This document shows positions 38,120-47,850 of a DNA stretch of 64,000 bases, piece after piece (position 1 is the first letter of the stretch; every line of letters begins with the position of its first letter). A program made the position numbers and the translations under genes. The stretch covers positions 3,104,001 through 3,168,000 of the forward strand of contig CAUVXB020000002.1 of assembly GCA_963555825.3 (NCBI GenBank), given 5' to 3'. A model generated the notes under the pieces. The model was not told the DNA's origin and ran no database searches. It saw only the letters and a list, made by a program, of their open reading frames with translations. The stretch is from Alphaproteobacteria bacterium. Lineage in GTDB: Bacteria; Pseudomonadota; Alphaproteobacteria; JAAXGF01.

Positions 38120-39868
38120 ATGAGCGATTGCCGATCTTACGCACGAACCGTCGTGGCCGCGATGCTGGGCATCCTGTGCATCGTGCATGCGTCGCGCGAC
38201 GCGTTGGCCGCAATTCAGGCGCCCGGTGAACGACGGGACCATCTGACCGTCGAAGAGCTTGCGCCCGATGCGTGGGAAAACTTTGGACTGGTTCACAATG
38301 CTAACTTCATGCCCGTGGGACCGTCGGCCGACGCACTGCATGCGCTCTCGGGCGTCCTCGAGGTGCCCGAGACGCAGTCTCATTCGGTGAAGGGCCGGTT
38401 TCCGGCATTCTCGGTCGAGTTTTTCAGCCATGGCGGTAATTTGGTGCCGACCAAGCGTGGCTTCATTTCGGGCGGAATCAGCCTTTGGAACCTCGTTCTT
38501 TCACCCGGCCGGGTGTGGTCCGAACCGGGCGACGATGGCTGGTCGCGTGCCTCCTTTCCCTTCACCCTGACGGGCAAGCGCCGCAACGACAGCCACAACG
38601 GCATCGCGAGCTTCCTCTACAACGAGACCGAGGTGTCGGCGCTGCGGATCCAGGTCGTTCAGGAAGCCGCGCCCTGGGGCGAGCTCGACGGCTGGGCGCA
38701 AGTCCCCTTGGCGTACAAGCCCGGCCCGATCGCGAACCGGCGGACCCTCGAAGAGCGATTCGCCCGGGAACGCGCGCAGCACATCCCGATGAGGCCGTGG
38801 TCGGCGCTCGAGGGCGTATCCGATCCAAGTCTGCTGGCCGACTTCGACGGCTACGCGTATCAAGTTACGGTCAGCGGCCTCGTTGTCGATGGTGTTCTCT
38901 ATGCTCAGCCGTGCCGCACGCGCTTCGGCGACTACCCCTACTGCCGCGAGATGCGCCACGGCGTCTATTCAGTGACCAAGAGCCTGGGTGGGGCGCTCAG
39001 CCTGCTCAGGCTCGCTCAGAAGTATGGCGACGCGGTGTTCGATTTCAAGATCGCCGACTATCTCGATGTCACGGCCGACCATGACGGCTGGGACGAGGTG
39101 ACCTTCGCCGACGCCCTGAACATGGCGACGGGGATCGGCGACAAGGCGCTAAACCGGGGGTCGGAGTCGTACGATTTTCACGGCGATAGGGGGAGCATGG
39201 CGCGGCGCCGCTTCTGGTACGCGCGATCGGCCAAGGCCAGATTGAACGCCGTCTTTTCCGCCGGCAACTATTCGTGGGATCCCGGCGAGGTCGGCAGCTA
39301 TAACGGCGGCCATACATTCACGCTCGCGGCCGCGATGGACGCGCTCCTCAAGCGCCGGGAAGGCCCCGACGCGCACCTTTGGGACATGGTCGCGGCCGAG
39401 GTCCTCGAGCCCATCGGCGTGCTCCATGCGCCGATGATGCATACGCGCGAACCCGACGGCGGGCGTGGCATGCCGATCATGGGCTGGGGCTATTTTCCGA
39501 CCGTGGGCGAGATGGCGACAATTGCCGAACTGCTGCACGCCGGCGGCAAACACCAGGGACGGCAACTGTTGAGCGCTACCAAGCTGCGCGAGGTGTTCCC
39601 GAGCCCGGCCGCCCCGGGATTGCCGGTAAACTGGCACAACGACTTCGGCGAATTCCACTATCACATGTCGTTCTGGTACATGCCGTTCCGCGGCAAGGAT
39701 GGATGCTTGGTCTGGATTCCCGAGATGTCGGGCTACGGCGGAAACCAAGTCGTGCTGATGCCCAACGGCATGACGGGTATCCGCCTGGCCGATGGCGGCG
39801 CTTCCAGGCAATACGATACCGAAGGCATGGTCCGCCTCGCCGACGACCTGGCGCCGTTCTGCCAATAG
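38120..39868 (+). CDS. Secreted serine hydrolase (beta-lactamase/peptidase S12 fold) with N-terminal extension
   Basis: Signal peptide; YSVTKS (SxxK), LNMATG, SYN, MSGYGG. Confidence 0.78.
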   Translation: MSDCRSYARTVVAAMLGILCIVHASRDALAAIQAPGERRDHLTVEELAPDAWENFGLVHNANFMPVGPSADALHALSGVLEVPETQSHSVKGRFPAFSVEFFSHGGNLVPTKRGFISGGISLWNLVLSPGRVWSEPGDDGWSRASFPFTLTGKRRNDSHNGIASFLYNETEVSALRIQVVQEAAPWGELDGWAQVPLAYKPGPIANRRTLEERFARERAQHIPMRPWSALEGVSDPSLLADFDGYAYQVTVSGLVVDGVLYAQPCRTRFGDYPYCREMRHGVYSVTKSLGGALSLLRLAQKYGDAVFDFKIADYLDVTADHDGWDEVTFADALNMATGIGDKALNRGSESYDFHGDRGSMARRRFWYARSAKARLNAVFSAGNYSWDPGEVGSYNGGHTFTLAAAMDALLKRREGPDAHLWDMVAAEVLEPIGVLHAPMMHTREPDGGRGMPIMGWGYFPTVGEMATIAELLHAGGKHQGRQLLSATKLREVFPSPAAPGLPVNWHNDFGEFHYHMSFWYMPFRGKDGCLVWIPEMSGYGGNQVVLMPNGMTGIRLADGGASRQYDTEGMVRLADDLAPFCQ

Positions 39869-39904
39869 ACGAGACCGCCAATCGTCTGCGCCGCCAGGGC
39901 GATT

Positions 39905-39996
39905 AGACTCCGAGAGGCGCGGTTTGTAGACTTCGAGCGAATATCGAAGGCGCCACGCAGAGGGGGCCCGCGATGTGTCGCGCAGGTGATCGGACG
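39905..39996 (+). promoter_or_regulatory. Degenerate glycine-riboswitch-like aptamer (singlet)
   Basis: Ordered motifs ccgagag..tcgaaggcgc..tcgcgcaggtgatcggac versus consensus GGAGAG..CCGAAGGAGC..CUCUCAGGUAAAAGGAC, directly upstream of a gcvT-domain gene. Confidence 0.35.
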
Positions 39997-42666
39997 ATGT
40001 CGGAGCATGACGCGAGCGCGCTGAAGCATACGGTGCTGCACGACTGGCACGCCGCCAACGGCGGCAAGATGGTCGCGTTCGGCGGCTGGGACATGCCGGT
40101 GCAGTACAAGACCGGCGCGATCCGCGAGCATCTCGCGACACGCCGCCACGCCGGGCTGTTCGACGTCTCGCATATGGGTCGCTATGAGCTGGCCAGCGCC
40201 GGCGCCGAGGACTTCCTGGCGCGCACGCTGACCAACAACCCGCGCGCGCTCGACGCCGGCCAGGCGCAGTACAGCTTCATCGCCAACGAGGCCGGCGGCG
40301 CGGTCGACGACGCCTATCTCTACAAGCTCACCGACGAACGCTTCCTGCTCGTCGTCAACGCCGGCAACCGGGCCAAGGACTGGGACTGGCTCACGAATCA
40401 CGGCGGCGACGCCGCCGGCATGACCGACGTCAGCGAGGCGCTCGGCATGATCGCCCTGCAAGGCCCCGAATCGACGCATATCCTCGAGCAAGTCATCGGG
40501 CCCTCCGCGCTGCCCGAGAACAAGCGCAACGCGCTCGCCACGGCGACGGTCGATGGCCATCCGCTGATCGTCGCGCGCACCGGCTATACCGGCGAATCGG
40601 TCTGCTTCGAGCTGTTCCCCGAGCGCAACCACGCGATCGAGCTGTGGGAGACGCTGATCGCGCTGGGCGCGGCGCCGGCCGGTCTCGGCGCGCGCGATTC
40701 GCTGCGCCTCGAGGCCGGCCTGCCGCTCTATGGCCACGAGCTCGGCCTGGATGCGGACGGCGCGGAGATCCCCATTTTCGCCAATGCCGCGGCGACCATC
40801 GGCGTGCGCGCGCCCGGCGCGGGCGAGTACATCGGCAAGGCCGCGCTCGACCGCCAGCGTTACGAGTTCGCCCTGATCAAGCGCCACGAGATCGACGCGC
40901 CGCCCGCCGAGCGCTTGCTCACGCGCCTGGTTCAGCCGATCGCCGTGTTCGAGGGCAAGCGGCCGCTGCGCGCCGGCTCGAAGGTGGTCCACGACGGCAC
41001 CGAGGTCGGCGCCATCACCTCGGGCACCAGCGTGCCCTACACGCGCTTCGCCGGCGAGGGCCTCACGGCGCGGCCCGCCGACACGCACGAGCTGCGGCCG
41101 ATCGGCCTCGCGCTGATCGCCTCGGACCGCCACTACCGCACCGACCGGCCGGTCGTCGTCCAGGTGGTCGACGAGCGCGGCAATTCGGTCGACGCCGAGC
41201 TGGTCGAGAAGAATCTGTGGCCCGCCGCGCCTTTCGCGCGCGCCTATTCGGGCTTCATCGCGCCCCGCGCGTCGGCGCCGGTCGCCGCCGGCGATGTCGA
41301 GACGCTGGCCACGGCGCTTGTCGCCGAGGCGGCCGACAACACCCGCTGGCGACGCGCCGACTGCGTCAACCTGATCCCCTCGGAGCAGCCCGTCTCGGCC
41401 TATGTCGAGGGGCTCTCGGCGGCCGACCCGGCGGCGCGCTACAACGAGCACAACCGTCTGCTCTCGCTCGGCCCCGACGCGCCCGAGGTGCGCTACTACA
41501 AGGGCACGCGCTTCATCATGGAGAAGGAGGAGGAACTCAAGGCGGCGCTCGCGACCTTCTTCGGCTGCGCGCGGGTCGAGCCGCGCGTCATCTCGGGCCA
41601 GATGGCCAACGACACGGTCTACGACGCGCTCAAGCAGTTCAAGAACCGGCGCCACGGCGGCCGCGAGCTGTTGCGCCTGGGTCCCGTCATGGTGCACGAC
41701 CTCAACAAGGGCGGGCACCTGAGCGCGCAGCCGACCGGCGCGCTCAAGAACTACGTCGAGCTGCACCCCGAGACCGGCAAGCCCAACATCGTCCACTTCC
41801 CGATCGAGCGCGACAATGCGCACCGCATCGACGTCGAGCGCACCAAGCAATTGATCGCCGAGAGCCGGCCCGAGCTGATCGTCTTCGGCCGCAGCGTGAT
41901 CATCCACACCGAGCCGGTCGCCGAGATCGCCCGCTTCGTCCACGATACCTTCGGCGAGGACAACCCCAAGCGCCCGTTCATCATGTACGACGGCGCCCAC
42001 GTCCTTGGCCTCTTGGGGCCGGCCTATCAGGACCCGCTCGCCGAGGGCGCCGACGTGGTCACCGGCTCGACCCACAAGACCTTCTTCGGGCCCCAGCGCG
42101 GCGTGATTTTGAGCAACGTCGCGCATGGCTCGCCGTTCGAGGCGTGGTGGCGCTTCATCGAGCTGCGCGCCTTCCCGGGCCATGTCAGCAACCACCATCT
42201 GGGGACGCTGTTGGGGCTCCTCGGCGCGACCTACGAGATGATCAACTTCAGGGACGACTACCCGCGCCAAGTCGTCGCCAACGCCAAGGCCTTCGCCCGC
42301 GCGCTCGCCGACCAGGGCTTGAGCATCGAGGGCGATCCGGCCTGCGATTTCACCGAGACCCACCAGGTGCTGCTGCGCACCGCGCGCGCCAAGGGCGAGC
42401 ACGCGGCGAGCCTCTTGGAGGCCAACAACGTCATCACCAACCCGCAGGCCTATCACGACGACCCGAGCTTCGCCGCCGCCTCGGGCGTGCGCATGGGCGC
42501 CCAGGAGATGACGCGCTACGGCATGACCGAGGACGATTTCCGCGAGCTCGCCGGCCTCATCGCCGAGATCGTCGCCGAGGGCGACGAACGGCCGGACGGC
42601 CACTGGGCGGAACGCGTGGCGGCCTTCCGCGCCCGCTTCACCGAGATGAAGTATTGCCTAGGGTAA
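39997..42666 (+). CDS. Fusion of glycine cleavage aminomethyltransferase (GcvT) and serine hydroxymethyltransferase-like PLP domain
   Basis: N-half: [46 protein letters not shown]-half: [42 protein letters not shown]. Confidence 0.9.
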   Translation: MSEHDASALKHTVLHDWHAANGGKMVAFGGWDMPVQYKTGAIREHLATRRHAGLFDVSHMGRYELASAGAEDFLARTLTNNPRALDAGQAQYSFIANEAGGAVDDAYLYKLTDERFLLVVNAGNRAKDWDWLTNHGGDAAGMTDVSEALGMIALQGPESTHILEQVIGPSALPENKRNALATATVDGHPLIVARTGYTGESVCFELFPERNHAIELWETLIALGAAPAGLGARDSLRLEAGLPLYGHELGLDADGAEIPIFANAAATIGVRAPGAGEYIGKAALDRQRYEFALIKRHEIDAPPAERLLTRLVQPIAVFEGKRPLRAGSKVVHDGTEVGAITSGTSVPYTRFAGEGLTARPADTHELRPIGLALIASDRHYRTDRPVVVQVVDERGNSVDAELVEKNLWPAAPFARAYSGFIAPRASAPVAAGDVETLATALVAEAADNTRWRRADCVNLIPSEQPVSAYVEGLSAADPAARYNEHNRLLSLGPDAPEVRYYKGTRFIMEKEEELKAALATFFGCARVEPRVISGQMANDTVYDALKQFKNRRHGGRELLRLGPVMVHDLNKGGHLSAQPTGALKNYVELHPETGKPNIVHFPIERDNAHRIDVERTKQLIAESRPELIVFGRSVIIHTEPVAEIARFVHDTFGEDNPKRPFIMYDGAHVLGLLGPAYQDPLAEGADVVTGSTHKTFFGPQRGVILSNVAHGSPFEAWWRFIELRAFPGHVSNHHLGTLLGLLGATYEMINFRDDYPRQVVANAKAFARALADQGLSIEGDPACDFTETHQVLLRTARAKGEHAASLLEANNVITNPQAYHDDPSFAAASGVRMGAQEMTRYGMTEDDFRELAGLIAEIVAEGDERPDGHWAERVAAFRARFTEMKYCLG

Positions 42667-42672
42667 GCGCCC

Positions 42673-43065
42673 CTATTTCACCAGCTTGAGGGCGACCGAG
42701 TTGATGCAGTGGCGCTGGCCGGTCGGTTCGGGGCCGTCGTCGAAGACGTGGCCGAGATGCGCGTCGCAGCGCGCGCACATGACCTCGGTGCGGCGCATGC
42801 CGAGGCTCACGTCGTCCTCGGTCTTGACCGCGTCCTCGCTGACCGGTTGGAAGAAGCTCGGCCAGCCCGAGCGCGAATCGAATTTGGTGGTCGAGTGGTA
42901 GAGCGCGTTGCCGCAGCAGACGCAACGGTAGGTGCCGTCTTGCTTGGCGTTGTTGTACTTGCCGGTGAACGGCCGCTCGGTGGCCTTCAGGCGGCAGACG
43001 CGGAACTGCTCGGGCGTCAACTCGTGCATCCACTGCTGGTCGGTCTTTTCGACGCGGTCGGTCAT
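42673..43065 (-). CDS. msrB: Peptide-methionine (R)-S-oxide reductase
   Basis: [42 protein letters not shown]. Confidence 0.95.
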   Translation of the reverse strand: MTDRVEKTDQQWMHELTPEQFRVCRLKATERPFTGKYNNAKQDGTYRCVCCGNALYHSTTKFDSRSGWPSFFQPVSEDAVKTEDDVSLGMRRTEVMCARCDAHLGHVFDDGPEPTGQRHCINSVALKLVK

Positions 43066-43141
43066 GTCGGCGCCTCCCTCGATCGCGCTTGGCCCGCGTG
43101 GCCCCCGCGCGCTACTGTGGTCGGGCATTAGGGAGGACATA

Positions 43142-44461
43142 ATGGCCATCACGGCCCTGCGCAACATCGATCTCGATTCGGCGCTCGCCGACGCCGAACG
43201 GCATTACGTCGCCGCCAACCCCGGCAGCAAGGCGCGCATCGAGAAGGCGTGCCGCGTGATGCCCGGCGGCAATACACGCACGGTGCTGTACTGGCCGCCG
43301 TTTCCGCTGACCATCGCGCGCGGCGAGGGCGCGCGGGTGTGGGACGTCGACGGCCACGACTACACTGACTTCCTGGTCGAGTACACCGCTGGCCTTTACG
43401 GTCACTCGAACCCGATCATTACCTCGGCGATCAGCCGCGCGTTGGCCGACGGCATCGTGCTCGGCGGCCACAACGAGCTCGAGGGCCGGCTCGCCGAGGC
43501 GCTGTGCGCGCGCATCCCGTCGCTCGACCTGGTGCGCTTCTGCAATTCGGGCACCGAGGCCAACCTGATGGCGCTGAGCGCGGCGCGCGCCCACACCGGC
43601 CGCGCCAAGGTGATGGCGATCGAGGGCGGCTACCACGGCGGCGTGTTCTATTTCGCCGGCGCCGGCTCGCCGCTCAACGTGCCGTTCCCCATGGTGATGG
43701 CGCAATACAACGACATTGAGGGCACACTCGCCCTGATCGAGCGCAACGCCGACGATCTGGCGGCCATCGTCGTCGAGCCGATGATGGGCGGCGGCGGCAC
43801 CATCCCGGCCGACCGCGACTACCTCGCCGCCCTGCGCGAGGCGAGCACGCGCCACGGTATCGTCTTGGTGTTCGACGAGGTGATGACCTCGCGCCTCGCG
43901 CCCGGCGGGCTGCAGGAAGCGCACGGCATCATTCCCGACATGACGACGCTGGGCAAATATCTCGGCGGCGGTCTCACCTTCGGCGCGTTCGGCGGCCGCG
44001 CCGACATCATGGGCCGTTTCAACCCGACGACGCCGGACGCGTTCCCGCATGCCGGCACCTTCAACAACAACGTCTTGACCATGGCCGCCGGCCTCGCCGG
44101 CATCACCGAGGTCTATACGCCAGAGGCCTGCGCCGCGCTCAACGCCAGGGGCGACGCGCTGCGCGAGCGCCTCAACGGCGTCATGCAGGCGCGCGGCCTG
44201 CCGGTGCAGGTGACCGGGCTCGGCTCGATGATGACGGTGCATTTTCGCGCCGGGCCGATCCGCTCGCCGGCCGATTCGGGCGCCGGAAACGACACCGCGC
44301 GCGGCCTCTTCCACCTCGAGATGCTGGCGTGCGGCCAATACCTCGCGCGCCGCGGCATGATCACGCTGTCGCTGCCGATGACCGACGCCGACGGCGACGG
44401 CCTGGTCGCGGCGGTCGACGACTTTCTCGGCGAATACGCGCCGCTGCTCGCCGACATTTGA
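43142..44461 (+). CDS. Class III aminotransferase (GSA-aminomutase-like / beta-amino acid transaminase clade)
   Basis: [48 protein letters not shown]. Confidence 0.88.
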   Translation: MAITALRNIDLDSALADAERHYVAANPGSKARIEKACRVMPGGNTRTVLYWPPFPLTIARGEGARVWDVDGHDYTDFLVEYTAGLYGHSNPIITSAISRALADGIVLGGHNELEGRLAEALCARIPSLDLVRFCNSGTEANLMALSAARAHTGRAKVMAIEGGYHGGVFYFAGAGSPLNVPFPMVMAQYNDIEGTLALIERNADDLAAIVVEPMMGGGGTIPADRDYLAALREASTRHGIVLVFDEVMTSRLAPGGLQEAHGIIPDMTTLGKYLGGGLTFGAFGGRADIMGRFNPTTPDAFPHAGTFNNNVLTMAAGLAGITEVYTPEACAALNARGDALRERLNGVMQARGLPVQVTGLGSMMTVHFRAGPIRSPADSGAGNDTARGLFHLEMLACGQYLARRGMITLSLPMTDADGDGLVAAVDDFLGEYAPLLADI

Positions 44462-44466
44462 GTGGC

Positions 44467-45249
44467 ATGGCGGCGACCTACGACGCGATCGGCGAGGGCT
44501 ATGACGGCACGCGACGGGCCGATCCGCGCCTCGTCGAACGATTGATCGGCCATCTGGCGCCGGTGCCGGGCGGGCGCTACCTCGACCTCGCCTGCGGCAC
44601 CGGCAACTATACCGCGGCGCTCGCCGCCCGGGGCCTCGACATGACCGGCATCGACACCTCCGACGTCATGCTCGCCGCGGCGCGCGCCAAGGCGCCCGGG
44701 ATCGCCTGGTCGAAAGGCCGGGCCGAGGACCTGCCCTACGCCGACGGTTCGTTCGACGGCGTGATGTGCTCGTTCGCGATCCACCACTTCGGCGATGTTG
44801 GCGCCGCCTTCGCCGAGGTCGCGCGGGTGCTCGGGCGCGGTCGCTTGGTCATCCTCACCGCGACGCCGGCGCAGATGGCGGGCTACTGGCTCAACTGGTA
44901 TTTCCCCGAGGCGATCGTGCGTTCGGCCGCGGACATGCCGACCCTCGACGCCATCCGCGGCGACTTGACGGCGGCCGGTTTCGCGCGCATCGCGAGCGAC
45001 CCCTTCGAGGTGCCCGAGGACCTGACCGATCTGTTCCTCTACGCCGGCAAGCACCGCCCGGCGCTCTATCTCGATCCGGCGGTGCGCGCGGGTATCTCGA
45101 CCTTCGCGCGCGGCCTCTGCCCGCCCGACGAACTCGAGCGCGGCCTCGCGGCACTCGCCGCCGACATCGAGACCGGCGCCATCGACGCGACCGTCGCCTC
45201 CTACGCCCACGACAAGGGCGACTACCTCTTCGTCATCGCCGAGCTTTAG
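44467..45249 (+). CDS. Class I SAM-dependent methyltransferase
   Basis: LDLACGTG, GIDTS, AEDLPYADGSFD. Confidence 0.88.
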   Translation: MAATYDAIGEGYDGTRRADPRLVERLIGHLAPVPGGRYLDLACGTGNYTAALAARGLDMTGIDTSDVMLAAARAKAPGIAWSKGRAEDLPYADGSFDGVMCSFAIHHFGDVGAAFAEVARVLGRGRLVILTATPAQMAGYWLNWYFPEAIVRSAADMPTLDAIRGDLTAAGFARIASDPFEVPEDLTDLFLYAGKHRPALYLDPAVRAGISTFARGLCPPDELERGLAALAADIETGAIDATVASYAHDKGDYLFVIAEL

Positions 45250-45312
45250 GGTCGACCGACAATGAAGCGCCACGACCGGAAAGCGCCACAAACAGTCAGG
45301 CCTTTCAATAAT

Positions 45313-45379
45313 GGGGTCAGACACCATTAATAGACAGAGTTATAGAGACAAATCAAATGCTTAAATGGTGTCGGACCCC
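45313..45379. repeat. REP-like palindrome (GGGGTCAGAC type), copy 2
   Basis: ggggtcagacaccatt / aatggtgtcggacccc (1 mismatch) with an AT-rich loop, between convergent genes. Confidence 0.8.
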
Positions 45380-45411
45380 GTTGTTATCGGGAAGCGATCA
45401 ACGGTTCGAAC

Positions 45412-46839
45412 CTACGCGCCGATCGCCGCGAGGCTTGCGAGCAGCTTGGCGTGTGGCTGCGCGAGGCCGTGGGCGGCCTCGTAGGCGCGGCACGCGCGCA
45501 GCACGACGGCTTCAGCGAAGCGCGAGCCGATCACCTGGAGGCCGACCGGCAGGCCGGCGCCGGTCAGGCCGCAGGGGATCGACGCGGCGGGCTGGCCGGT
45601 CAGGTTGAACGGCACGGTGTAGGGCGTCGCGTGGCTCCAGCGGTCGAAGCCGGCCGAATGATAGATCGTCTCGGCCGGCGGCGCCGGCGTCGGCATGGTC
45701 GGCGTCAGAAGCAGATCGTGGCGCTGGTGGAAGGCGCTCATCGCATCGCCCGGCGCGGTTCGGGCGGCAACCGCCGCCTCATACTCGGCGAGGCCGACCG
45801 AGAGGCCGCGCTCGGCGAGCGCGCGGAAGCCGGCATCGAGCAGCGCGTGCTTCTCGGCCGGGATGCCGCGCAGGATGTGGCCGAAACCGGCGACCCAGTA
45901 TTGTTCGAAGCGCGGGCGGAGCGGCTCGAACACCGGGCCGACCTCCTCGACCGTGGCGCCGAGCTCGGCGAAGCGCGCGGCGGCGGTGTCGACCAGCGCG
46001 CGGATCTCGGGCTGTGGCTGGGCGCCGCCGAGTTCCGGCGCGTAGCCGATACGAAGGCCCCGAATGCCGTCGTCGATGCCGTCGAGCCAGTCGCGCGCGA
46101 CGTATTCGATGGCGTACCAGTCGCGCGTATCGGGCAGCGCCAGGACACCCAGCATCAGCGCCGCGTCGCACACGCTGCGCGCCAGCGGGCCGTTCGACGA
46201 CAGTGTCGTGTAGGGGCTCTCGCGCGGCGCGTGCGGCACGCGGCCGAAGCTCGGCTTGAGGCCGAACAGGCCCGAATAGCTCGCCGGGATGCGGATCGAG
46301 CCGCCGCCGTCGGTGCCGTGCGCCAGATTGCCGATGCCGGCGGCGAGCGCGGCCGCGGCGCCGCCCGACGAGCCACCCGGCGAATGCGCCGGGTTCCAAG
46401 GGCTTCGCGTGACGCCGGCGAGCGGCGAATCGGTGATGCCCTTCCAGCCGAACTCGGGCGTCGTCGTCTTGCCGAGCATGACGGCGCCCGCCTCGCGCAG
46501 CCTTGCGACCGAAGGGCAGTCGACGTCCCAGGCCTGGTCGGGATCGACGGTCAGCGAGCCATTGAGCGTCGGCCAGCCCCGGGTCAGCACGATGTCCTTG
46601 ATGGTCAGCGGCACGCCGTCGAGTGGTCCCGCCGGCGCGCCCTTGGCCCAACGGTCCTCGGAGGCCTGCGCGGCCGCGCGGGCGCCCTCGGCGTCGACCA
46701 GTTGGAAGGCGTTGAGCACGGGTTCGTACCGCTCGAGGCGCGCCAACGCGGTCTCGGTGGCCTCGACCGGCGAGAGATCGCCGGCGCGATAGCACGCGAC
46801 CAGCTCGCTCGCGGTCATGAAGGCGACGGTGTCGTCCAC
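45412..46839 (-). CDS. Amidase signature family enzyme
   Basis: GVPLTIKD, GKTTTPEF, PGGSSGG, GTDGGGSIRIPAS. Confidence 0.92.
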   Translation of the reverse strand: MDDTVAFMTASELVACYRAGDLSPVEATETALARLERYEPVLNAFQLVDAEGARAAAQASEDRWAKGAPAGPLDGVPLTIKDIVLTRGWPTLNGSLTVDPDQAWDVDCPSVARLREAGAVMLGKTTTPEFGWKGITDSPLAGVTRSPWNPAHSPGGSSGGAAAALAAGIGNLAHGTDGGGSIRIPASYSGLFGLKPSFGRVPHAPRESPYTTLSSNGPLARSVCDAALMLGVLALPDTRDWYAIEYVARDWLDGIDDGIRGLRIGYAPELGGAQPQPEIRALVDTAAARFAELGATVEEVGPVFEPLRPRFEQYWVAGFGHILRGIPAEKHALLDAGFRALAERGLSVGLAEYEAAVAARTAPGDAMSAFHQRHDLLLTPTMPTPAPPAETIYHSAGFDRWSHATPYTVPFNLTGQPAASIPCGLTGAGLPVGLQVIGSRFAEAVVLRACRAYEAAHGLAQPHAKLLASLAAIGA

Positions 46840-46971
46840 TCGCGGTTCCCCCCTCGGTTCGGACCGAGTATCGGCGAGATTGCCGCGCAGAGCAAAGTTC
46901 GCTTGGTTGATCCGCGGGCATCCTATATTACCGCTCGGCGTCCGCAGTATTTACCAGGGCCTGATCCGCGT

Positions 46972-47739
46972 ATGACGACACACCGCCATTTCACCGACGT
47001 CGAGCTCGCCGCCTGGCGCCGCGACGGCTTCATCGTCGTGCGCGGCCTGTTGGGCGCCGCCGAGATCGCCGAGGTGACCCGCTGGGCCGATGCGCTGCAG
47101 GCGTGGCCCGAGACGCCCGGCAAGCACATGAAATACTTCGACGGTAGCCTCACCCAGCCCGGCGCGCGCCTGTTGAACCGGATCGAGAACTTCTGCCCCT
47201 ACCACGAGGGTTTCGATCGGCTGATCAACGGCGCTGCGCTGCGTGGCCGGACGGCCGAGCTGCTCGGCGGCCCTGCCGTGTTGTTCAAGGAGAAGGTCAA
47301 CTTCAAGCTCCCCGGCGCCGGCGGTTTCGAGGCGCACCAGGACATCCAGGCAGGCTGGCAGACATACGCCGAGATGTTCGTCACCGCGCTGGTCGGCATC
47401 GACGCGGCGACGGTCGAGAACGGCTGCCTCGAGGTCGCCGCGGGCCACCACATGCGCGGCATGTTCGGCGAGATGTGGCAGCCGCTCGGCGACGACCCGC
47501 TGGTCGGCGTCGACTTCCAGCCGGTGCCCACGGAACCGGGCGACGCGGTGTTCTTCGACTGCTTCACGCCGCACCGCTCGGCGGCCAATCTGAGCGATGC
47601 GCCGCGCCGCGTGCTCTACGTCACCTACAACCGCGCCGCCGCCGGCGACCACCGCGCGCAGTACTATGCCGACAAGCGCGCCAGCTATCCGCCCGACTGC
47701 GAACGCGACGCCGACAAGGAGTACGTCTACCGAGTGTGA
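46972..47739 (+). CDS. PhyH-family Fe/2OG dioxygenase (PhnY-like)
   Basis: LFKEKVNFKLPG, HQD, ENGCL, PGDAVFF, PHRS, YYADKR..PP. Confidence 0.8.
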   Translation: MTTHRHFTDVELAAWRRDGFIVVRGLLGAAEIAEVTRWADALQAWPETPGKHMKYFDGSLTQPGARLLNRIENFCPYHEGFDRLINGAALRGRTAELLGGPAVLFKEKVNFKLPGAGGFEAHQDIQAGWQTYAEMFVTALVGIDAATVENGCLEVAAGHHMRGMFGEMWQPLGDDPLVGVDFQPVPTEPGDAVFFDCFTPHRSAANLSDAPRRVLYVTYNRAAAGDHRAQYYADKRASYPPDCERDADKEYVYRV

Positions 47740-47850
47740 GCGCGCGCCAAGGGTACCTACCCACCGTCGGCCGCCATCCGGCTCGTTAGACTTGGCCGCC
47801 CAGCTCATTTAGAATTAACCCGAAAATTCATCGGTCTCAGGGGGACTGTC

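Noticed and set aside
43142-44461. Assigning hemL
   Set aside because: Motifs ([21 protein letters not shown]) fit the beta-transaminase-like branch better than true HemL.
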